From Octopus sinensis (taxonomy: Eukaryota), in assembly GCF_006345805.1 (NCBI RefSeq), contig NW_021824077.1, positions 1 through 20,026 on the forward strand: 20,026 bases of DNA, written 5' to 3'. Below the pieces are notes generated by a model. It did not search any database. It was not told where the DNA came from and was given only the letters and a program-made list of their open reading frames with translations. This document shows, in pieces, positions 1 to 9,559 of this stretch; the first letter of the stretch is position 1, and each line of letters begins with the position of its first letter. Made by a program: the position numbers and the translations under genes.

Positions 1-372
1 ACGCACACACACATACACACGCGCACACGCACATACATCCGTACATGTTCGGACAGGCGCAAACTGCTTCAAACTCACCAACGGACGCATACATGCAGCT
101 ATTCTTTCACGTACACAATACAAACCACAAATGCCCACATGGTTATGAATGCAGGCCCACATTCACAGGCAAACATACGCAGATACGCAGCAGACGAATG
201 CAAACACTCGTAAGATCTAACGCAGATACGCCGCCATTCAATAAACGGTCATTGAGTTTGTAATTCCAGCAAATTTAATTTCCGGTTTCATCCACCACAG
301 GGTCCAAAAGAAAATGTAACCCTTAATGCAACCCCTCCCTCACCCCTCGCACCGAAACACTACTCAGCTACC

Positions 373-410
373 ACATACATACATACACACGACATACATA
401 CATACACACG

Positions 411-451
<41 letters not shown>

Positions 452-508
452 CACACACACATACAAATATATATATGTATATGTATGTGTGTGTGTAATA
501 TATGTATG

Positions 509-545
<37 letters not shown>

Positions 546-856
546 CTCGTTGTATATATATATATATATATATACATACATGTATATGCATACACATATA
601 TATACATACATATATCAATATATATATACATATATATATACATACATATATACATAAATATATATATACATATATATATATATCAATATATATATATGCA
701 TACATATATATAAACATATATATACACACATATATATATATACATATATATACATACATATATATTCATACATATATATACATACATATATATTCATACA
801 TATATATATATATCAATATAATATAGATATATATATCAATATATATATACACAACA

Positions 857-902
<46 letters not shown>

Positions 903-917
903 ATTAATATATATATA
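373..917. repeat. Compound (TA)n/(TACA)n/(TG)n microsatellite
   Basis: Near-continuous alternating purine-pyrimidine dinucleotide repeats; explains the YIYI/HTHT ORFs. Boundaries approximate. Confidence 0.95.
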
Positions 918-991
918 GTCCAGGCCACGAATACGAAGTCAATATAACTTGATAAATCAATATTATTAATATTGCTGTTGTTGCTATCATT

Positions 992-992
<1 letters not shown>

Positions 993-1058
<66 letters not shown>
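993..1058. repeat. (AAT)n microsatellite
   Basis: Pure AAT run; poly-Ile ORFs on both strands are artefacts. Confidence 0.95.
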
Positions 1059-1070
1059 GTGAGAAGGAGG

Positions 1071-1157
1071 ATAATCCCTTCTTTTGTTGGCCACAAGGGG
1101 CCATGCATACAATGTAAATCGTGTCGTTCAAAAGAGTTCACAAAAGCTGTGCATCTT
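1071..1157 (-). mobile_element. Short retroposon 3'-end fragment with a family-A-like terminal stem-loop
   Basis: Minus strand ends ggccccttgtggccaacaaaagaagggattat, resembling family A tails (gccccttgtgggcaataaagaaata; ...aaagattatt). Upstream part does not match family A. Confidence 0.4.
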
Positions 1158-2334
1158 AAATGTGTGTGCATTTGACCGAGTGTGTGCGCGTGCGTGCGTG
1201 TACGTGCGTGTGAGAGAGAGAGAAAGAGAAAGTGAGAGAAAGACATGGAGGGAGAGGTGTAGGGGTTGGGATGACATTAAGAGACTGAAAAAAAAATAGC
1301 TTTCGAATTTAATACGCAAAAATACGAACATTGCACCCACAAAATGAGAGGATCCATCGCATATTTAGATTCAGAGAACGCCACGAATTTGAGCAACTCC
1401 CGTTCCGATAGTCTTCTCTTAAACGGATCCTCCAAGTTTTCCCTCAAAATTCTGCAGTTTTACCCATATCCTGAGGTGCCCCATGTTCTTTGGCTAAGCG
1501 CTGTTAGTTGCCCAAACTCCTTTGGAGGGAATTTCAACAACCAACAACCATCTATACGCCAAGATTTCCTGGTAATTCTTTCCTATCTCTTGTTTTAATC
1601 AATGCTGTATTGATTCTCTCGATTCTCTTTTAGCATTTCCAACAATTTATACGGGTTATTGATGTTCCTTCGGATTACTTAGAAATTCAAGCACTTTAAG
1701 TGCTCGGCGTCTGTTCATGACGGGTTCTGCCTCCTGTTTAGACTAGACTCATTTATGTTTTTGTCACGTTTTTATTTCGCTGGTAAAAAGTAAAAGAAAA
1801 ACTCCATTTTCATGACTGGAGCCTTGCGTTTTACACGAAAAAATAATGTTTATTTAACATCTAAAAGCGTCGATTTGAATGATATTATTGCAAACAAGAA
1901 CAAGACACGCACGCAAAGTTTAGACGAAACGGAGGAAGCAAGCCAAATTTAAAAGGTGAAAGTGTTGTTTAAAACAAAATAGGCGGGAATACAAATTCTT
2001 ACGCTCGCTTTGCTAGCAATAATAAGAAAATAAATATAAGTGGACCAGCAGGAGGAAAAACTACAGGGCAAAAATATGTATACAAAGAAAATTACTCCCT
2101 GAAAGGAAGACGGTCATATAATCTTTGCATCTTTAAAATGCATAGATTTTCTTTATGCCTTCGAAGCAACAACTAGAGGAAGCCCTGGATGATGTGGGGA
2201 GCGATATCTCATATCGATTTGGGTAGGGATTGTAGCACTGTATGCCGTAGATGCAGAAAAAAGAGCAATGTGACTGATAGTACAGATCTGAAAGAAAACC
2301 TAACTGCTACATGTGTGGTAGCAACAGCTGTAAC

Positions 2335-2760
2335 TTGGCGGCATTTCGTCCGTCCTCACGTTCTGAGTTCAAATTCCGCCGAGATCGACTTTGCTTTTCA
2401 TCCTTTCGGGGTCGATGAATTAAGTACCTATTTCTTTATTACCCACAAGGGGCTAAACAGAGAGGGGACAAACAAGGACAGACATAGGTATTAAGTCGAT
2501 TACATCGACCCCAGTGCGAAACTGGTACTTAATTTATCGACCTCGAAAGGATGAAAGGCAAAGTCGACCTCCGCGGATTTTGAACTCACAACGTAACGGC
2601 AGACGAAATACAGCTAAGCATTTCGCCCGGAGTGCTCACGTTTCTGCCAGCTCGCCGCCTTGATGAATTAAGTACCACAGAAACACTGGAGTCGATGCAA
2701 TTGACTATTCCCATCCCGCAAAATTTCAGGCATTGTGCCTATAGTAGAAAAGATTGTTAT
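2335..2760 (+). mobile_element. SINE family A (type II tail), 5'-truncated, host of a nested insertion
   Basis: Matches 6888-7273 and 14578-15015: B-box-like gagttcaaattcc, core ttttcatcctttcggggtcgat, tail aaatttcaggcattgtgcctatagtagaaaagatt. Interrupted at 2428/2662. Confidence 0.9.
2429..2661 (-). mobile_element. Full-length SINE family A monomer (type I tail) inserted antisense, 15-bp TSD
   Basis: Minus strand starts aaggcggcgagctggcagaaacg and ends gccccttgtgggtaataaagaaata. Identical GATGAATTAAGTACC at 2414-2428 and 2662-2676. Confidence 0.93.
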
Positions 2761-2904
2761 TATTGTTGTTGTTGTTGCTGTTATTGTTATTATTAGGCTT
2801 TCTCGTTATCTAAGTGTATACTTTTTAACCGTTCTTGACTTTGTCTACCTTAGTAGAGCAGTTAGAGACACGGTCAGAATTATTCACGCCTTGTCTAACG
2901 GGTC

Positions 2905-3040
2905 TTTTATTGAGACTATCTGTACAACTACATTATCGAAAATAACCTTCCAATTTTTCTTTTAAATGTCAGGGTGTGATCTGAAAAAGATTTCACTGCT
3001 ATTTTCAGCAAATTCAGTAACCACATAGATACTCCCTCAA
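2905..3040 (-). repeat. Old diverged interspersed repeat (family E), inverted relative to 10055-10190
   Basis: Reverse complement (atgtggttactgaatttgctgaaaatagcagtgaaatct...ttattttcgataatgtagtt) aligns by eye with 10058-10145 (catggtctcacgatgtgctagaaatcacagctaaatgt...ttatttagataatatagtt). Strand label arbitrary. Confidence 0.55.
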
Positions 3041-3512
3041 CGGCTCATTCTATATTATTATTTAGTAAATACGTGTTAACTATATAGACCATAACTCTGT
3101 GCGAGGTCGGGCGCGTCGAGAGTAAACAGAGAAACTGTAACTGGAGATGTAATATAATTTACATCTACAATGACAACCGGAAGCTGAGGGAAAAAAAAAA
3201 TCTTTCTGCAAATTAATATTTATATATACATACATACATACTATATATATATATATATATATTAATATAATTATTATATATATATATATAATATATATAT
3301 ACGTACATACATACAATGGCGGGTAAAGCGAGATTAGGAATGGACTAATATTGCTGACGGTTTCCTTCAACGATTGGGTGCAAGTATTAGGTGGATGAAT
3401 TAATTGTTAAATGGGGGACATATTGGATGGCATTGAAAGGAATATATTGATGCATGAAACATTATATACACGCACTCCTGAACGTGTACACACAAATAGG
3501 TTACATGTAATG

Positions 3513-3628
3513 TATATATATATATCATATATATATATATTATGTATATATATATATATATAGTTATATAATTTATACATATATGTACATATTTATATAG
3601 TATATATGATGCTTATATTTATGTTTAT

Positions 3629-3685
<57 letters not shown>

Positions 3686-3927
3686 CATATATATGTATAT
3701 ATATGTGTGTGTATATAATAATTACATATATATGTAATATATATATGTGTGTGTGTGTGTGTAGGTAGGTAAGTAGGTAGGTAGGTATATATGTATGTGT
3801 ATACACGTATGTATCTATCATTTATGTATGTATATATATACTTATATAATATATATATATATATATACTTACACACATACATACATTTATACATATGTGT
3901 GTGTGTATATATATATGTATAATATAC

Positions 3928-3960
<33 letters not shown>

Positions 3961-3975
3961 ATATATATATATATA

Positions 3976-4006
<31 letters not shown>

Positions 4007-4056
4007 CTACACACATACATACATTTATACATATGTGTGTGTGTGTATATATATGT

Positions 4057-4114
<58 letters not shown>

Positions 4115-4118
4115 TACA
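3513..4118. repeat. Compound (TA)n-rich microsatellite with internal duplications
   Basis: TA/TG/TAGG runs; a 36-nt motif recurs at 3871-3906 and 4009-4044. Confidence 0.95.
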
Positions 4119-4423
4119 TAGTGGTGCAGTAACAGAGTGTATATGAGACAGAGAGAAAGGGGGTTGCGGGTTCTGTATGTCCTGGAAATTTATTACTTCC
4201 GATGTAAGTCCCTCCGCACACATATACACATAAACATACATGTACGCTTACACACGCACACCTACACACACACACATCTACACACGCACACATGCACACA
4301 CATATATACGCGGCCGCACACACACATACATATGCGTTCATACGTTCACACACTCCCTATAGTGAACATGCAAGCCTTACATATACACCCGTCATTACCT
4401 GGACAACATTTATAATTTTCATT

Positions 4424-4591
4424 GGCCTCTGGAAATTTCGAACTCACAACCTCTCTATCTCTTCTCCACCACAGATCAGTGTTCCATCTCCATGAAGAAT
4501 TAAATATTATGCCAGCATCAAGAAATAGTAGTCATTTTTTATTTCTTAAATTCACGACCCAGTGTCTACTATTCTGCCAGCACACCGCCTT
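4424..4591 (-). mobile_element. Highly decayed SINE family A head remnant
   Basis: ttctgccagcacaccgcctt (4572-4591) is the reverse complement of the family A head; ggaaatttcgaactcacaac (4431-4450) matches the B-box region. Confidence 0.45.
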
Positions 4592-4639
4592 AAATAAATG
4601 TCAACGGATTAATAATAACAATAAAACTTTAATGGAATT

Positions 4640-4861
4640 AAGCAGATTGCCGTACGCCGAAGACAGGCAAATACCTAGAAACTGCAGTCCGTGCGTATCA
4701 CTTAGGTTGACGAGAGAGGGATGACCTCCCTTTGCAAATGCCATAAGGGCACAGAAAGTATGCCAAAAGCCAGCTGGAGACGATGATCTCCTGGGGCTAA
4801 AAGCTACAGTAACACCCACCCTTAGTGGTTAGCCATATTGAGATGGCTAGTATACTTTACG
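4640..4861 (+). mobile_element. 5'-truncated retroposon 3' end (possibly RTE-like LINE) with 12-bp TSD
   Basis: TTTAATGGAATT at 4628-4639 and 4862-4873; terminal hairpin tagccat/atggcta (4830-4849) followed by a short tactttac tail. Clade assignment is weak. Confidence 0.65.
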
Positions 4862-5069
4862 TTTAATGGAATTTATAAACATTTAATGCATTGCTAAGCG
4901 CGTTTCCATAAATCCCATGTCTCTTAAGATCCTAGTCCGTATTTCTGGGCTGATTGCAGTGTAGTCCGTAGTATCCGTTGATAATCATCCTCATTGATTC
5001 ATTTCTTTAGGCGATATACCATTAGTTGGTGTACAACAGAAGGATGCTTATCTCTTTTAATTAGTATGA

Positions 5070-5451
5070 AGGTAGGCATGGCTACCTTCATACTAATCTG
5101 GTAAGAAGCTTGTTTCCCAACCACATGGCTCTGGGTTTAGTCCCACAGTGTGGGACCTTGGGCAATGTCATCTACGATAGCCTCAGGACAACCAAAGCCT
5201 TGTGAGAGGATTTGGTAGACGGAAACTGAAAGAAGCCCGTTGTTTACATGTGTGTGTGTGTGTGTTTGACAGCCGGTGTTAGTCTGTTTAAACTAGCAGT
5301 TCAGCAAAAGGAACCGATAGAATAAACACCAGGCTTTTTAAAAAAAATAACAAACAAGAGCCGGGGTCGATTTATTCGACTAAACCCTTCAAGGCGGTGC
5401 CCCAGGATGGCCGCAATCCAATGACTGAATCAAGTAAAAGATGAAATATAA
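5070..5451 (+). mobile_element. SINE family B copy
   Basis: tRNA-like head (tggtaagaagcttgtttcccaaccacatggctctgggtttagtccca), ccttgggcaa, internal (TG)n and tail aatgactgaatcaagtaaaaga; homologous to 5455-5856, 11869-12303 and 17778-18054. Confidence 0.9.
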
Positions 5452-5454
5452 CGA

Positions 5455-5856
5455 TTACTCTTTTACTCTTTTACTTGTTTCAGTCATTTGACTGCGGCCA
5501 TGCTGGAGCACCGCCTTTAATCGAGCAACTCGACCCCGGGACTTATCCTTTGTAAGCCCAGTACTTATTCTATCGGTTTGTTTTGCCGAACCGCCAGGTT
5601 ACGGGGACGTAAATACACCAGCATCGGTTGTCAAGCAATGCTAGGGGGACAAACACAGACATACACGCACACATACATATATATATATATACGACGGTCT
5701 TCTTTCAGTTTCCGTCTTCCAAATCCACTCACAAAGCTTTGGTCGGCCCGAGGTTATAGTAGAAGACACTTGCCCAAGGTGCCGCGCAGTGGGACTGAAC
5801 CCGAAACCATGTGGCTGGTAAACAAGCTACTTAACACACAGCCACTCCTGCGCCTA
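5455..5856 (-). mobile_element. Full-length SINE family B copy
   Basis: Minus strand: taggcgcaggagtggctgtgtgttaag (A box), ggttcagtccc (B box), internal TA/TG tract, tail gaaacaagtaaaagagtaaaagagtaa. Confidence 0.93.
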
Positions 5857-6629
5857 TCAAATATTTTTGTCTTAAAATAGTCATTTCTTAATTCGTTTAT
5901 TTTATTTATAAAAAATTTGCTGACTTTATTTGTTATTTCATTTTATTCTTTTATTACTCCATTTTATGGTTTTTGTTCTTTTTTTCTTAGTCTTCCGCAA
6001 AATCTTTGCTTTATTATTAGAACCGGAATATTTTTGCCAATATATCTTCCGGTTAAATTCGTCAAAACCCTAAAAGCAAGCCAGGTCATTCCCAACTGAA
6101 AGGTCAACTAATGAGATAGAACAGTTCCTCACCTCCACTCAATCCTCTCCTCGCGCATACACACACATACATATACACACGCATACATACACACACACAC
6201 CTACATATACACACGCATACATACACACACACGCGCGCGCACATATACATACACACACATTCGCGCATTTGTATGCCTTGCTCGGCACAGCCTTTTCTGT
6301 TTTAATTGTTCTTCTTTATCGCTGACGATGATGGCGACCATGAGAAGAAAGAGGAAGAAGACGAAGATGAATTCTCACTGTATTTTATTATCTGATCTAC
6401 GTGTGTGTGCGCACGTATCTGTGTGTGTGTGCGCGTGTCTATGTGTCTATGCACATTACTTCTAAAATCATCTTCTGATTGGCACTATCTCATTCTTGTT
6501 TTTTTGGACAATTGCCTTTGAATAGGTTCCATTCCTCAAATGTAAATATCCCAAATGCACATGCTGGTCAAAAGTGGTCAATCAATCTAGCTTCCTGTTT
6601 TTCATCGCGGTTTTTGTTGTTATTTCTCT

Positions 6630-6835
6630 TGCGAGGCCAAACTAGTTAGGATAATGCACACACGATCGCAAGGTCTGGGTTTCCATTCCGAGGCCGGTCG
6701 GTGCCTTGTGCTCTCGAAAAAACGCTGTTCTGTGATCCTTTGGACATCTGATGTGTGGCACATTGTGCACCTGTACAGGTAATGTCGATGTGATGGCCGA
6801 CGTGAGCTCATGCACAGTACCGACTTTTGAGTAAT
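6630..6835 (+). mobile_element. Decayed tRNA-derived SINE (family D)
   Basis: Degenerate tRNA-like head (ggccaaactagttagg...gggtttccattcc) similar in layout to the head at 10247; followed by (AAAT)n. Body recognised from recall only. Confidence 0.6.
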
Positions 6836-6836
6836 A

Positions 6837-6887
<51 letters not shown>
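6836..6887. repeat. (AAAT)n microsatellite
   Basis: Pure tetranucleotide run between two SINEs. Confidence 0.95.
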
Positions 6888-7273
6888 AAGGCGGCGAGCT
6901 GGTAGAATCGTTAGCACACCGGGCGAAATGCTTAGCAGTATTTCGTCTGTCGTTACGTTCTGAGTTCAAATTCCGCCGAGGTCGACTTTGCCTTTCATCC
7001 TTTCGGGATCGATAAATTAAGCACCATTTACGCACTGTGGTCGATATAATCGACTTAATCCGTTTGTCTGTCCTTGTTCGTCCCTTCTGTGGGTAGTAAA
7101 GAAATAGGTATTTCGTCTACCGCTATGTTTTGAGTTCAAATTCCGTCGAGGTCGACTTTGCCTTCCATCCTTTTGGGGTCGATAAATTAAGTACCAGTTG
7201 CGTACTGGGGTCGGGCAAATCGACTGGCCTCCTCCCCCAAAATTTCAGGCCTTGTGCCTAAAGTAGAAAGATT
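6888..7273 (+). mobile_element. SINE family A dimer (type I unit + headless type II unit)
   Basis: Unit 1 is 6888-7106 and ends aaagaaata. Unit 2 restarts at ggtatttcgtct (7107) and ends aggccttgtgcctaaagtagaaagatt. Confidence 0.9.
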
Positions 7274-7345
7274 TGTACATAGTATTGTTCTGGAGAATGG
7301 TTAAGAAAACATAAGAACATTATGAGTTTGTTTTAAAATTTGAGA

Positions 7346-7614
7346 TTACAGAGACAGTATTTTGCGTAGGATATGGGCAGTTCCCATGAGCACTATCTTT
7401 TGAATTTCTGCCATTTTGGGGTTTCCTGGAATCTGAGCTAGGTAGAAATCAGCCTCTTTTGCTATCATTCCTAGGGCACCTATGACAACAGGTATTGTTT
7501 TAGTCTTCAAGTTCCACGTTTTGCCAATTTCTATGTCAAGATCTTTATACTTGCTCGGGTTTTGGTAGGTCTTGACATATACGTTTATGGAACAGTCATA
7601 TCAATGAGGAGGCA
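7346..7614 (-). pseudogene. R4/Dong-like non-LTR retrotransposon, restriction-like endonuclease C-terminus (fragment 1)
   Basis: Manual translation: CLLIDMTVP/frameshift/INVYVKTYQNPSKYKDLDIEIGKTWNLKTKTIPVVIGALGMIAKEADFYLAQIPGNPKMAEIQKIVLMGTAHILRKILSL*. The ID..VP, KY.DL and IPVVIGALG motifs are typical of RLE domains. Partial 3' UTR extends toward ~7275. Confidence 0.88.
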
Positions 7615-7617
7615 TGA

Positions 7618-7620
<3 letters not shown>

Positions 7621-7676
<56 letters not shown>
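7621..7676. repeat. (TTA)n tract, tail/target of the RLE elements
   Basis: Pure TTA run between the two retrotransposon fragments. Confidence 0.95.
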
Positions 7677-8062
7677 TTCATTCCTTAGTAACACAGTGTG
7701 GGTAAAATTGCACCGGAGTTTTTGGTCATCTGTCAAGATACAACAAGGACCTCAGACAGATAATACTTTCCTTAAGATGTGCGTTCTACCCAATGAGGCT
7801 GCTTTTTGCAAGACAGCAATCTTGCACGGGAATTCCAGTTCCCTTAAGAAGTCTTGAAGCTCCGATCACCACTGGTATCACTTTTACATTACCCTCTTAC
7901 ATTCCACACAGTCTTACCATTTCCACTTTCACTTCGGTGTACCTGGTGATTTTTTCAACCTCTTTCCTCACAACATTCATATCATTTGGTGTGGCTACAT
8001 CAATGATCTGACGGCATTTATCTCTCTTATTTAATATGAAAATATCCGGTCGACCGTATTCG

Positions 8063-8064
<2 letters not shown>
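7677..8064 (-). pseudogene. R4/Dong-like non-LTR retrotransposon, RLE C-terminus plus 3' UTR (fragment 2, different family)
   Basis: Manual translation: IEYGRPDIFILNKRDKCRQIIDVATPNDMNVVRKEVEKITRYTEVKVEMVRLCGM*EGNVKVIPVVIGA/frameshift/QDFLRELEFPCKIAVLQKAASLGRTHILRKVLSV* (stop at 7752-7754). Contains the RPD motif and is flanked by (TTA)n on both sides. Confidence 0.88.

Positions 8065-8124
<60 letters not shown>
8063..8124. repeat. (TTA)n tract
   Basis: Pure TTA run on the 5' side of RLE fragment 2. Confidence 0.95.
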
Positions 8125-8129
<5 letters not shown>

Positions 8130-8328
8130 AATGAAGTAGTGTTTATTGTCATTTTAACGTGGGTGTTCGTCATTAGCGGAATTAGTTTCATCGTGCTTCT
8201 GCCGCTAATAAAACGATTTTTACTCAGCCTGCTGGATATTTGTGGCACAAATGAATTATTATCAGTAGAGGTTAAATTTATATGTATATATATATATATA
8301 TATTATATATATATATAATATATATATA

Positions 8329-8366
<38 letters not shown>

Positions 8367-9498
8367 TAGAGGCTAAAATGGTTGCTAGTTGATAATTGCA
8401 ACTGATGATGCGCAAAGAAACAGAAATCTAGATTTAACAACTCTACAGCTGCTGCCGGACGCTTTTCGCATGCTACTGATAATTTTCAGTGCTTTTTAAA
8501 TTATGTTTATGCAGATGCCTTCTCGAGAGAATTCTTCCAGCTTTGTGGCTTTGTACAGTATATCCGCTTTAAGTACGATATGCAGAAGTATACATATATA
8601 TACTTATATATATATATATATATAGATATATATATATAAATATACATATATATATATTATATATATATATGACTGATAACATGTATATTTCTGGTGTCAT
8701 GCATTAGTGAGAGACCAGCTCAACACTTGGGACTTTTATCTCAGGCAATATTTTAACTGAATGCAAGCCTAAAAAATATTTTGAATTATGCGATATATGA
8801 TAAAATGGAATGGAACCAGATAGAACTGCAAAAACTCTGCTGCAAAGTGAACAAACTTTTTGCATTTAGTCATTAAAAATATTCCAAAGAGAACTCATAA
8901 AATATATAATATGCATTAATACTGAAAAAATGGTTTTCATAAAAACAGGGAAATACTTCACATGTAAAAGGATTTGTAGAATATTGAAAGATTGTAACCA
9001 AAAAAAGAATTAACCATCTTTGAGTATTTATACATGAAAATATCTCGTACTAAGTATATCTATCGCAAAAAAAGAGAAGCCTGTCCACACGTATATACAT
9101 AGATATATACATGTATGTGTATGTATATATACATATATGTGTGTATGCATATATCTAATATCCTTATTCTGCATCTACCACTCTATATATTCTCATTATT
9201 GTATGTAATTTTCTCATTTTTCCTTTGAAGATCTCTTAGAGTGAAAACCGGTTGGCGTGTAAGGTAAAAAAAAGATTTGATATATCTAAATGAAATACTA
9301 CAAATGTGTTTGTCTTTCAATTTTTCTAAAAATCATGATTGTTTTAACTTTATTGAGCATTTCCATCCAATTTTTTTTTTTTATACACATACACACATTC
9401 ATACATTCATACACACGCCCATGTTGACATTTATATATATATATATATATAAATTATATATATATATATATAATAGAATTTTTTTTGCCCTTATTTTG

Positions 9499-9559
<61 letters not shown>

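Noticed and set aside
326-826. Stack of overlapping YIYI/HTHT ORFs (also 3631-4353 and 16254-17011)
   Set aside because: Translations of dinucleotide repeats, open on both strands.
2305-2335. Hairpin tgctac/gtagca followed by the palindrome acagctgt
   Set aside because: Lacks both CUGANGA and GAAA; too short to distinguish from chance.
3145-3166. Inverted repeat agatgtaa/ttacatct
   Set aside because: 8-bp AT-rich arms are plausible by chance.
8400-8432. CTGATGA...GAAAC as a hammerhead
   Set aside because: No usable stem II, stem III or cleavage triplet.
8405-8590. About 60 open codons (…NNSTAAAGRFSHATDNFQCFLNYVYADAFSREFFQLCG…)
   Set aside because: No recognisable homology or convincing splice sites.
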